Positions 32,430-42,568 of a DNA stretch of 64,000 bases are shown here, one piece after another. Made by a program: the position numbers and the translations under genes. Numbering within the stretch: position 1 is the stretch's first letter; each line of letters begins with the position of its first letter. The DNA is from an uncultured Methanosarcinaceae archaeon. Lineage in GTDB: Archaea > Halobacteriota > Methanosarcinia > Methanosarcinales > Methanosarcinaceae. Location: contig CAWJYV010000001.1 in the NCBI GenBank assembly GCA_963847185.1, forward strand, positions 224,001 to 288,000, written 5' to 3'. A model generated the notes under the pieces. The model saw only the letters and a program-made list of their open reading frames with translations, was not told the origin of the DNA and ran no database searches.

Positions 32430-33545
32430 ACGACAAGTAAAAGTAAGGTATATTTTGCAGATCTTAGAGCGAAAAATCCGCAGGAAAGTACAATCAGCAA
32501 AATCCAGAAACTCTTTGATGAGGCAGGTTTTGTTGAGCTTTTAGGTGCAGAAGATCTGACTGCAATAAAAATCCATTTTGGAGAATATGGAAACGATGGG
32601 TATATCAATCCTGTTTTTGTCCGGCAGGTAGTAGAAAAAATCCGGGCAGCCGGAGCAAAGCCATTCATTACGGATACGAATACCCTGTACTCCGGAAGCA
32701 GGTACAATGCAGTTGACCACCTGACAACAGCGATAGAACATGGTTTTGATTTCTCCGTTGTGAGAGCTCCGCTTATTATTTCGGACGGGTTAAAAAGCCA
32801 GAATGTTGCAGAAGTTGATATCGGACAGAAACAATTTAAGTCCGTAAAGATAGCCTCAGATATTGCTGCCGCAGATTCAATGATTGTAATGTCTCACTTT
32901 AAAGGGCATATTGTTGCTGGCTTTGGGGGAGCTATTAAGAACCTGGCAATGGGTTGTGCCCCTGCTGCTGGCAAGAAGGATCAGCATTTCAGGACAAGTC
33001 CGCATGTTGTTGAAGAAAAATGCATAGCTTGCGGGAGGTGCGTGCAGGTTTGTCCCGTAGGGGCTGCTTCCATTTTAGGGGAGTCCTCGATAATCGAACC
33101 AAATATCTGCATAAGCTGCGGACAATGTATGGAAGCCTGCCCTGTAGCTGCTGTCGATATAGATTGGGAACATGACATTCCTGAGTTTCTGGAATGCCTG
33201 ACAGAATATGCATACGGTGCAGTAAAAGGAAAAGAAGAGAGGGTAGGTTATATCAATTTCCTGATCAAAATCACGCCTGATTGCGATTGCGTACCATGGA
33301 GTGATGCTTCGATTGTACCTGATATCGGAATTCTTGCTTCAAAAGACCCTGTTGCCCTTGACCAGGCAAGTTACGATCTTGTAAACAGGCAGAAAGGACT
33401 TGTCAGCTCCTCTTTGCACTGCAACCATGAGGCAGGTGCCGATAAGTTCAGGGGCATATGGCCCAATGTCGATGGAACTCACCAGCTTAAATACGGGGAA
33501 ATAATAGGTCTGGGAATCCGGAAGTATGAACTTATTGAAATTTGA
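32430..33545 (+). CDS. DUF362 domain Fe-S protein with ACG at the expected start
   Basis: Frame open from ACG 32430 after RBS AGGAGG; AIKIHFGE, TDTNTLY, SHFKGH..AGFGGAIKNL, two CxxCxxCxxxCP, PDCDC. Confidence 0.85.
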   Translation, partial: TTSKSKVYFADLRAKNPQESTISKIQKLFDEAGFVELLGAEDLTAIKIHFGEYGNDGYINPVFVRQVVEKIRAAGAKPFITDTNTLYSGSRYNAVDHLTTAIEHGFDFSVVRAPLIISDGLKSQNVAEVDIGQKQFKSVKIASDIAAADSMIVMSHFKGHIVAGFGGAIKNLAMGCAPAAGKKDQHFRTSPHVVEEKCIACGRCVQVCPVGAASILGESSIIEPNICISCGQCMEACPVAAVDIDWEHDIPEFLECLTEYAYGAVKGKEERVGYINFLIKITPDCDCVPWSDASIVPDIGILASKDPVALDQASYDLVNRQKGLVSSSLHCNHEAGADKFRGIWPNVDGTHQLKYGEIIGLGIRKYELIEI

Positions 33546-34340
33546 GTTTAACCTCTTGGACCTAACTTGTTTGATTTAAGCTAATTCTTTTGAATTAGCT
33601 TTCTTTATATTCTGATTTTTATTCAGCTGGTTTTGAATGGAGCAACTTTCCGGAAATTTCTGATTTTTGGTTTCAAGATAGATTTCCGGTGTTTATAAAA
33701 CTCACAAGTTAATTTATGGTACTTTTTCCTTAATTCTCAGCCAATCTTTATAATCCCTTTTTATCACTAATAAAGAAAGCTGTAACTGCCCCTGTTAAGA
33801 GTTTTCCCCCCTTTTATTTTCTTGCCAGCATCATACCCGCGTAATCCTGGAGTTTCTTTGGTTTTAACTGACTGGCTATCTAAAATTGCTGCATTCGGCT
33901 CTGATTATACCATATGCAATTCTCAGTTCAGTTCTTAATGCAGTGTTTATACGTTCCCAAAGTCCTTCTAGATGCCAAAGACGGAAGTAGGAATAGACAG
34001 TTTTCCAGTGTGGATTATTTTAATTTTAAGACAGCCTCTAAGGAAAGTTGAATAAAAATAGTAAGTTAAAAGGAATAAAAGGCTGTAATATTTAAATCAG
34101 TACTCTAAAAAAATTATAGCAGGAAAAAGGGGAAAAATGAAAGAATATAATAGAAAAATAACTTATAAAAGCCAATTTTATTCCTTTTTCTAGCGCTTTC
34201 CAACCAATTTGGAAAAAGTAATATTATTAGTAGATCAGTCATACTATCTAAATAATGTTAGTTCAATGAGATAATTATATATAGTCAGTATTTGTATTTT
34301 ATATCAACGTACAATTAAAAAAAATTAAAATGGGGGAAAA

Positions 34341-34748
34341 ATGAAAATTAGAGTAGTCAGTTCAAGAGAAGAAATCTTTACATTAAACCCAAATGAAAAG
34401 ATTGTTCACCTGGCCTTCAGGCCTTCTAATAAGGATATATTTGGATTGGTCGAAACCTGTCCTAAGGTTGAAGCGGTTCAGTTACCTAAATCTTACATGC
34501 GTACGGTTTCAAAATCCATAGAAATGTTCCTTGAAATGCAGAGGATCAAACTTCTCGAAGGAGATGTCTGGGGTCACAGGAAGGATATAAACGAGTACTA
34601 CGCAATTCCTTCCTCAGTAATTGAAAAAATAAAAGAAATGAAGGTCGAAGGGAAATCCCCGGAAGATATTGAAGCAAAGGTCTCAAGGGAAAGCAAACTT
34701 AACCCTGGAATGGTCGCTTATCTCATGACCAAAGAAATTCCGGCTTGA
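34341..34748 (+). CDS. DUF1699 family protein
   Basis: MKIRVVSSREEI...VHLAFRPSNKD...GDVWGHRKDINEY. Confidence 0.85.
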   Translation: MKIRVVSSREEIFTLNPNEKIVHLAFRPSNKDIFGLVETCPKVEAVQLPKSYMRTVSKSIEMFLEMQRIKLLEGDVWGHRKDINEYYAIPSSVIEKIKEMKVEGKSPEDIEAKVSRESKLNPGMVAYLMTKEIPA

Positions 34749-34800
34749 ATTCAAAGAAAAATCTCTCTGAATTCAAAATAAAGATCTAAGATACAAACAT

Positions 34801-34896
34801 CCTCCGAATTTAAGATTAAATACCCTCCGAATTTAAGATTAAACACCCTCCGAGTTTAGTCTTAAATGCCCTCTGAATTTAAATGAAACGTCCTCC
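34801..34896. repeat. Degenerate 23-bp tandem repeat CCTCCGAATTTAAGATTAAAYAC, ~4 copies
   Basis: Units start at 34801, 34824, 34847 and 34870. Confidence 0.8.
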
Positions 34897-34904
34897 AAGA
34901 AATT

Positions 34905-34960
34905 ACTGGAGATTAGATTAAACGAAATGGCGGCTCATGTTTCGTCATCTAATCTCCAGT
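34905..34960 (+). terminator. Long hairpin downstream of the DUF1699 gene
   Basis: ACTGGAGATTAGAT...ATCTAATCTCCAGT 14-bp stem plus inner ACGAAA/TTTCGT. Confidence 0.5.
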
Positions 34961-35595
34961 TTAAATTTTGATTGAAACTCATATGCAACTTGGGATGAGT
35001 TACTCATATGATCTTTTCGTTCCTTTCTTTTATCGTTATTTTGTAATTCAATACAGAGAGCTTGTTTTCCTCTCAATCTGCATACTAAACTTAGTAAATT
35101 TATTATATATGTTTGCAATTTGTAGTTTGTGGCTTTTATGAATACTCCAGGTTGTTAGTTTACATTGTCCGCATCTTTGCGCTTGTTCTAGTTCTTGTTT
35201 TTGGTTTTATCTGGCTTGCAGCTTTATACGCCTCAAAAGGATAAATCATCTGAAATTTTGTTAAGGCAAACTTCAAAGGCTGTTTAATCTTTTAATGCCC
35301 TCCAGTCACTATGGAAATTCTCAAACTTGTTTGTAATTAGTTTTATATGTTTTTTTGCCAGTTTGTGCGCATAATCCTGCAGAGGTAGAAAAAACAGATC
35401 CTTGCAGGAGCCCCACATAAATAACTTTTATACAGATATTTTCCACTCATTCTCTGAATTTTCAGTTAGGAAACTAATGCGTAGGCTGTCTTAACAGACC
35501 AATTTTAACAGAATAATCTTCAGAACTATTGTTTCAAAAACAATTTTAATTCAAATTATATATTTTTTCTGTAAAATATATAGGGATGGTATGGA

Positions 35596-35751
35596 ATGAA
35601 CTGCAACGATTTGAAAGAAGGACAAGTTCTTATTTGTGAGAGATGCGGGCTAGAACTTAAAGTGGTAAGTAAGTGCGAAGATGAACGCTGTACTACAGGC
35701 TGTACTGGAGATATGGACTGCTGCGGAGAACCAATGAAACTGAAGGAGTAA
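35596..35751 (+). CDS. 51-aa Cys-rich desulforedoxin-like protein (not in ORF track)
   Basis: MNCNDLKEGQVLICERCGLELKVVSKCEDERCTTGCTGDMDCCGEPMKLKE; purine-rich RBS region. Confidence 0.8.
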   Translation: MNCNDLKEGQVLICERCGLELKVVSKCEDERCTTGCTGDMDCCGEPMKLKE

Positions 35752-35953
35752 ACAAGCTAAATGACCAGAGCTTGTAAAGGATGAGAATTTGTAGAGAATT
35801 AATCTGAAAAAAATAATTAAAGATAAACCAAAAAGGGTTTTTGAAACATATATCAAGTTTCTGTGAAGCATGCAGAAATTAGAGTTTTTTGAAGCTAGCC
35901 TTAGACTTCCATAATTATTTACTTCAAAGCTGCACAAAGCTTAAAACTTTTTA

Positions 35954-36064
<111 letters not shown>

Positions 36065-36082
36065 CTATCTATTTTCCTCATT

Positions 36083-36120
36083 AGGATCAGGGATAATATT
36101 GAGGATCAGGGATAATATTG
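36083..36120. repeat. 19-bp perfect tandem duplication AGGATCAGGGATAATATTG
   Basis: Two exact adjacent copies. Confidence 0.9.
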
Positions 36121-36356
36121 ATCTCTTGGTATTAGGTCAAAAAAGTATTAACGAGCTGATCTAAAAAACCTTATCTAAATGTATTCTGTCCCAAATAATT
36201 CAGATTTTCTTTATGCAAAAACCTAATACGCAGCTGTTGTATTTTTGATATAAAGAAAAACTTTGAAGGACCTAATTTCTCCAGTTTCACGAAAAGATCA
36301 ATAATAAGGAAAATTAATTCTAATTGCTTTATATATGTTTGATTTATATATGTGCA

Positions 36357-36462
36357 ATTGTGGGGGCGAGTTATAAATTGAATCTGGAAAATGAGTGTTC
36401 CTCCTTGTTTGACCTACTTGAAAAATTTTAGTTTACAGTCCTATGTAACTGACCCCCATAAT
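36357..36462 (+). ncRNA. Candidate sRNA
   Basis: TTTATATA at 36328; 5' ATTGTGGGGG..AGTTAT pairs with 3' GTAACT..CCCCCATAAT; internal TTCCTCCTT. Confidence 0.45.
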
Positions 36463-36851
36463 CAAAAATTTACATTAAACAGGATTTCTTACTTGGAAAT
36501 TTATTCAGGCGTTTTTTGCCGTAAAATATGAGTTTTAATACAACATTATACATTTCTATATATGCAGGTCATTAAATGTGAGGACTCATTAAGCAGGGGA
36601 TTTCTATGTATCTAAAAGATATTTACCACCGGAACTCTTTGAACATACGTTCAAAATTTATAAGATGGGTGTACTTGCTTGTACATCCTTTGTTAAAGTG
36701 ACTGGTAAATCTTTATATAATAGAACATTTGGTTTTGTAGAAGTTCTCAGTTTAATCCAGGTTATTTTAACAACTTTTTTTATCGATTTTGAATTATTGT
36801 CAGGATTCCAAATTCCTTGGATTCTATAGTCGTAATCTCCTTTTTATACAT

Positions 36852-36982
36852 GAGCTCATCCCAAAACTCAAAATTGATCCTCCTAAGTTCGAATTATGTA
36901 TAATCAATAAAATTCCTGATCTTGAAAATAAGTCCTGAAATCCTTATTGACACGAGGACAAAATTGGTTTTAGGATGAACTC
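36852..36982. mobile_element. MITE-like element, GAGCTCATCCC family
   Basis: GAGCTCATCCCAAAAC...GTTTTAGGATGAACTC; similar to 10841-10964. Confidence 0.75.
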
Positions 36983-37696
36983 TATCATTATAATTAGATA
37001 TTCTTCAGTTTCCATGATAACCAATGTTTTTGCTAATTTTTATTCTTCCTTCTCTTTTTGATTTTCTTTTTTGTACTTAAAGCAAGCATAGGGTCAGATT
37101 AAACTACCAGTAAGAAAGTGGGAGTCAGGAGGATATCATACAAAATTCCTACAAGGGGATGTCACAGTTTAAGGGATATTCCTCAATCTTGGATCGGGCT
37201 ACCATCTATCAATCATAATATAATCTCTATAATCTGCTTCTTTTCAAAAAAGATTATTTGCAAAAAAATATTTACTGTCACAAGTTAATATAAACAAATA
37301 CGTACAATGTTGAACGTAGCCCGGATTTGATGAAATCTCCAGTTTATAGTAAACTGACTTTTCTAATTAATCGAGATTAAATTATCTGCACTCAGGTTTG
37401 ATTTTTCTTCTTCTTGAAAAATAATTTGCTTTATATTAATGAGCCATTATAAAATAAAAGTCACAAAGATCAGTGATATCCAATGAACTATATAAGAAAA
37501 ACTTGTCCGATTTGCGGGAAAGAATTTTTAGTTCTGAAAAGCGCGGAAGAAAAGGCAATTTACTGCACCATTAAGTGTTTTTTGGAGTCTCAGGGCCAGA
37601 TGAATGAGGATGGAATTTCTTCTTTACTGCCTGCATAAATCTACTTGTAGCCTGTTACATAGGAACCTTTGATGACGTTAATGTAAACTTTTTAAC

Positions 37697-37827
37697 TTGG
37701 ATTCGGTTAAGGAGCAAAAAGTCAAAAAATGCTATTTTTTATGCAACATCAAGTGAATTCTCTTGGAAAATCACTATACGTGATATTCGAAGTTGTGCAT
37801 AAAATTCGTTAACCGAATCCAAATGAA
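37697..37827. mobile_element. MITE-like element, second copy of 12228-12364
   Basis: TTGGATTCGGTTAA...TTAACCGAATCCAA with nearly identical interior. Confidence 0.85.
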
Positions 37828-38510
37828 ACTTTTTAGTTCTATACTGTGATTATTTTCGGAACTATGCATCTATTTGGAAATTTGCATACCAGTCAATTTG
37901 TACTCGGTTAAGGTACGCTTTAAAAGAGGTATTTTATACTTCTGGAGTGTAAGGTTATAAATATCCTGCCTTTCAGACCGGTGGCAAAGTGAACCTAGCC
38001 TTTTTTGTGTCCTTTAAACCTTAAATCATCCTTCTTTGAAAATGAATTTTTTTTGGTGCCATAATTGTTAGTTGGGAATGTAACAGTTGATCACTTACTT
38101 AGGGCAGGGGCTGGATACAATCTGATCCCATTACTTTATTTGTTCTAAGCCTATAAAAATTATCGAGATATTGTAACAGTATTCAATTTGACATTAACAA
38201 ATCTCTTAACTGCAAAACACACAAAACTAAAAAACAAAAACTTTATATTCGAACTTTACGTACTTCTTCCCGCAGCATTGTACATTGATGAGCATCACAT
38301 TTCCATGGTATAGAGATAGAATAGAGTTAATATAATATACATTTTAGGGTTCTTCAAGATTCTTAAAAACAGTTTTGAAAATGATTTGAGAATCAGGTTT
38401 TCTTTTCATTTTATATATTCCCTTCCAAATTTTCAAAATTATTCAAAGCTATCCAATTATTCAATTTGTGGAATTTACTAAATATTACCCACGATCCGAG
38501 ATGAGCTTAT

Positions 38511-40469
38511 TTGACTGACAAAAAACTGTTAATGGGTAATGAAGCCATTGCACTTGGAGCCATAGAGGCTGGTGTGCAGGTGGCTACGGGATATCCGGGG
38601 ACACCTTCGACTGAAGCTCTGGAAACGATTATCCGGTATGCAGACAGGTGCGGGATCTATACCGAATGGTCAAGCAACGAAAAGGTTGCACTTGAGACAG
38701 CTGTAGGGGCAGCTTACTCAGGAGCAAAGGCACTTGTGACTATGAAACAGGTGGGGTTGAATGTTGCATCCGACCCCCTGATGAGTTTGAGTTACATCGG
38801 CGTAAAAGGGGCACTTGTCTTACTTGTTGCCGATGATCCGGGGCCTCATTCTTCGCAGACAGAGCAGGATACGAGGGCTTTCGGGCACTTTGCAAATATT
38901 CCTGTCCTTGACCCCGCAACCCCTCAGGAAGCGTATGAACTTACAAAACTGGCTTTTGAACTTTCACATGAATTTGAAATTCCTGTTATTCTAAGAACTA
39001 CCACTCGGGTTTCCCACGGCTGCGGGGATGTTGAAGTCGATGTCGCAGAGCCTGGAGCTGTTAAAGCTTCCTTCGAGGGTTTTGTAAAGGACAGACGCTG
39101 GACGATATTTCCAAGGCTTACTGCAGAGAGGCACCCATGGCTTGAAAATGTACAGGTGCAGCTTTCAGAGCTTTTTTCCGGGCTTTCTTATAATTCGGTT
39201 TCTGGAAGTGGAAAAATAGGGATTATAGCTTCCGGAGTCTCGGCTCTTTATGTAAAGGAAGCTGTAAGAGGTTTTAGCGACTTTGATGAGCTTTTCACAA
39301 TCTTTCAGGTCGGGACAGTGTATCCGTTTCCCGAAAGGGCAGCTCTATCTTTCCTGAAAGGAATTGACAGGGTTATAGTTGTAGAAGAACTGGACGCTTA
39401 CCTTGAAGAACAGATGCTCCAGCTTCTCGGAAAAACTCGCCTGCCTGTTGATGTTTACGGAAAAAAGAACGGTTTCTTCCCTGTAAGCGGGGAATATAAT
39501 GTAGATATTGTTATTGATGGCATTAACAGAGTATTTTCTGAATTCGGAGAGAGTCCTCGCCTTTCCCATGCTTCTCCTGAGGTTTTGAGAGAAGAGCTTC
39601 CTCCTCTGCCGATCAGGGCTCCTACTCTCTGTGCCGGCTGTATGCACAGGACTGTTTTTTATGCATTTAAGCAGGCTGCAAAACAGCTAAAAAAGGATTT
39701 TCAGACATCTCAGGCTGCTCAAGTTGCTCAGACTGATACGATTTTCTCTGGAGATATCGGCTGTTACACGCTTGGAAACGCCCATCCCCTTAATATGGTA
39801 GATACCTGCCTTTGCATGGGGGCAGGAATGAGCATAGCAGGAGGACTTTCCCGCACAAACCCGAAAGCAAAACATGTGGCTTTTATCGGGGATTCAACTT
39901 TTTTTCACTCAGGCATTCCTGCTGTAATAAATGCAGTATATAATAAAGCAGACGTCACCCTTGCAGTCCTTGACAACCGCACAACTGCAATGACAGGGCA
40001 TCAGCCCCATCCAGGAATAGGAATAACTGCTCTCGGAAGCGCTTCAAAAGCCATTGATATTGCAGACTTGGTTAAAAGCTGTGGGGTTGAATTTGTAAAA
40101 ACAGTATCTATTGACAGCCTCGGAAATAGCCAGAAAAATAATCTCGAAAATAGTCTGGAAAAAAATAGCCAGGGAAGTAGCCTGGAAAGCTGTATCGAGG
40201 CCGCAAAAGAAGCCATGCGATTTCAGGGCCCCTCTGTTGTTGTATTCAAAGGAAAATGCGTCGCGATTACAAAATCTGACAAACGTTACATGATAGATCT
40301 TGAAAAATGTACAGGCTGCAGCTTCTGCGTAAAGCAGCTTGGCTGTCCTGCTATTTTCCTTCCTGTGGGAGAAGATAAGCCCTTAATACAGGGAAGCTGC
40401 AGCGGTTGCGGACTCTGTGCGCAGGTATGTCCATCTGGAGCCATCCGAATACAGGAGGTGGGGTTGTGA
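38511..40469 (+). CDS. iorA: Indolepyruvate:ferredoxin oxidoreductase alpha subunit
   Basis: GNEAIA, GYPGTPSTE, NEKVALE, SSQTEQD, GDIGCY, GDSTFFHSG, C-terminal ferredoxin; TTG start. Confidence 0.92.
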   Translation: MTDKKLLMGNEAIALGAIEAGVQVATGYPGTPSTEALETIIRYADRCGIYTEWSSNEKVALETAVGAAYSGAKALVTMKQVGLNVASDPLMSLSYIGVKGALVLLVADDPGPHSSQTEQDTRAFGHFANIPVLDPATPQEAYELTKLAFELSHEFEIPVILRTTTRVSHGCGDVEVDVAEPGAVKASFEGFVKDRRWTIFPRLTAERHPWLENVQVQLSELFSGLSYNSVSGSGKIGIIASGVSALYVKEAVRGFSDFDELFTIFQVGTVYPFPERAALSFLKGIDRVIVVEELDAYLEEQMLQLLGKTRLPVDVYGKKNGFFPVSGEYNVDIVIDGINRVFSEFGESPRLSHASPEVLREELPPLPIRAPTLCAGCMHRTVFYAFKQAAKQLKKDFQTSQAAQVAQTDTIFSGDIGCYTLGNAHPLNMVDTCLCMGAGMSIAGGLSRTNPKAKHVAFIGDSTFFHSGIPAVINAVYNKADVTLAVLDNRTTAMTGHQPHPGIGITALGSASKAIDIADLVKSCGVEFVKTVSIDSLGNSQKNNLENSLEKNSQGSSLESCIEAAKEAMRFQGPSVVVFKGKCVAITKSDKRYMIDLEKCTGCSFCVKQLGCPAIFLPVGEDKPLIQGSCSGCGLCAQVCPSGAIRIQEVGL

Positions 40470-41050
40470 AATACGATATCCTGATTGCAGGTGTTGGCGG
40501 GCAGGGGGTAGTGCTTGCTTCTCGTGTACTTGCACTTGCTGCAATGAGAGCCGGCTTCCACGTGAGTACTGCCGAAACTATAGGAATGGCTCAAAGAGAA
40601 GGTTCCGTGAGCAGCCATATAAGGATAGGAAACGAAATTTCCGGATCTCTTATTCCTGCGGGGCAGGCTGACTTAATTTTAGGTCTTGAACCTGCTGAAA
40701 CCGTAAGAAATTTGCCTTTCCTCAGAAAAGGCGGAAAAGTAATAATAAATATCCATGCTGTTCCTCCCGCATCAAGACCTCCGGGAAGCCCCGATTATGA
40801 TCCTGTGGCTTTGCTTGCTTTTCTTAATGAACACTGTCCCGAGATTCTCTGTTTTGATTTCACTGAGCTTGCAGAAGAGGAAGGTACATACAGGGCTGCA
40901 AACGTTGCAATGCTTGGAGCGGCTGCAGGCACAGGAATATTGCCTTTTCCGAAAGAAACCCTGCAGGCAGTACTGGATGCCGAAATCCCTGAGAAATACA
41001 GGGCTGTAAACAAGGCTGCATTCGAAAAAGCAATGAAATGTATCAGTTAA
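40466..41050 (+). CDS. iorB: Indolepyruvate:ferredoxin oxidoreductase beta subunit
   Basis: GVGGQG, ETIGMAQREGSV; GTG overlaps the iorA stop, RBS GGAGGTG. Confidence 0.9.
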   Translation: MKYDILIAGVGGQGVVLASRVLALAAMRAGFHVSTAETIGMAQREGSVSSHIRIGNEISGSLIPAGQADLILGLEPAETVRNLPFLRKGGKVIINIHAVPPASRPPGSPDYDPVALLAFLNEHCPEILCFDFTELAEEEGTYRAANVAMLGAAAGTGILPFPKETLQAVLDAEIPEKYRAVNKAAFEKAMKCIS

Positions 41051-41106
41051 ATTTCCTGATTTTAAATGGGAAATAAGACCTTAGACGGAAAAAAAGGTGA
41101 GATAAA

Positions 41107-42414
41107 ATGTATGAAGCATCCAAGGAGTCTGAGCTCGATCCAGATATCCAGCTATGTCATCCAGAAATTTCGGAAAAAGCTACTCTTGATAAATTGAAGG
41201 CCCTGCTGAAGCGTGTAGTTGGAAACAGCCCTTTTTACCAGAAGAAGTTCAGGGAAGTGAACGTGGATATCGAAAAAATCAACTCTCTTGAAGACTTGAA
41301 GCTTCTTCCTTTCACACATAAAGAGGAACTCAGGGACGCTTATCCTCTGGGATTGAAGGCAGTTTCCGAGACCGAAGTTGTCAGGATTCATTCCTCGTCG
41401 GGAACGACTGGAAAACCTGTGATCATCCCATACACCCGAAAAGACGTAGACATCTGGGCTCTGATGATGATGCGCTGCTATATGCTGGCAGGCCTTACAA
41501 GTCAGGACAGGATTCAGATCACCCCAGGGTATGGGCTCTGGACTGCAGGGATAGGGTTTCAGCTTGGGGCTGAACGTCTGGGAGCAATGGCTATACCAAC
41601 AGGTCCCGGAAATACCGAAAAACAGCTTGAGATGCTTGTTGACCTGAAATCCACTGCCCTTGCAAGTACTTCTTCCTATGCGCTTTTGCTTGCGGAAGAA
41701 ATTCAAAGGCGAGAGCTTAAAGACCAGATACATCTAAAAGTTGGGATTGTAGGCTCGGAACGCTGGAGCGAAAAAATGCGCAGCAGAATCGAGACCGAAC
41801 TCGGAATCGAGACTTTTGATATTTACGGGCTGACCGAAATCTATGGACCTGGAATTGCCCTTGACTGTTCTTTCCATGAAGGAATGCATTACTGGTCTGA
41901 CCACCTGCTCTTTGAGGTCATTGATCCTATTACAGGAGAACAGCTTCCTGAAGGTTCACTCGGAGAACTTGTAATTACTACCCTTACAAAAGAAGGAGCT
42001 CCTCTTATTCGCTACAGAACAAGAGACCTTACAAGAATCATTCCAGGACTCTGTAAGTGCGGCTGTCCTTTCCCTAGAATTGACAGGATCCTGGGAAGGT
42101 CTGATGACCGTATAAAGTTCAAAGCTGTGAATATCTATCCAGGCCAGATTGAAGATATCATCCACAGAGTCCCAGGCGTAAGCAGTGAATACCAGATTCT
42201 CCTTACCCGAAAAGACGGAAGGGAAAGCATGACTTTCAGGGTCGAAATCGAAGATGCAGAAGATCCCACAAAAAAACAAAAGACAGAAAAAGCTCTCGGA
42301 AAAGCCTTCAAAGACTTTATAGGAGTAACAGTGGACGTTGTAGGTGTAAAGATAGGAGAACTTCCCCGCAGCATGAAGAAAACAAAAAGAGTAATTGATG
42401 AAAGAGAGCTTTGA
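41107..42414 (+). CDS. paaK: Phenylacetate-CoA ligase family protein
   Basis: HSSSGTTGKP, YGLTE, RYRTRD, GRSDD. Confidence 0.88.
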   Translation: MYEASKESELDPDIQLCHPEISEKATLDKLKALLKRVVGNSPFYQKKFREVNVDIEKINSLEDLKLLPFTHKEELRDAYPLGLKAVSETEVVRIHSSSGTTGKPVIIPYTRKDVDIWALMMMRCYMLAGLTSQDRIQITPGYGLWTAGIGFQLGAERLGAMAIPTGPGNTEKQLEMLVDLKSTALASTSSYALLLAEEIQRRELKDQIHLKVGIVGSERWSEKMRSRIETELGIETFDIYGLTEIYGPGIALDCSFHEGMHYWSDHLLFEVIDPITGEQLPEGSLGELVITTLTKEGAPLIRYRTRDLTRIIPGLCKCGCPFPRIDRILGRSDDRIKFKAVNIYPGQIEDIIHRVPGVSSEYQILLTRKDGRESMTFRVEIEDAEDPTKKQKTEKALGKAFKDFIGVTVDVVGVKIGELPRSMKKTKRVIDEREL

Positions 42415-42456
42415 AAACCCTTTTCCCAGTTTTTTATTTTTTCGATTTATTTATTT

Positions 42457-42568
42457 CTTTCCAATTTTTATTTCTTTCCGGTTTCTAATTAGCTCTCTTT
42501 TATCTTTCGTTTTAACCTTTCCAATTTTTATTTATTCCTGATGTCTAATTAGCTCTCTTTTATCTTTC
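42457..42568. repeat. 60-bp-period duplication spanning the mscS stop
   Basis: CTTTCCAATTTTTATTT...CTAATTAGCTCTCTTTTATCTTTC at 42457 and 42517. Confidence 0.85.

Noticed and set aside
34801-34896. Possible degenerate CRISPR array
   Set aside because: The 23-bp period leaves no room for spacers
35650-35937. 95-aa minus-strand ORF
   Set aside because: Overlaps the better-supported Cys-rich + strand gene and has no motifs
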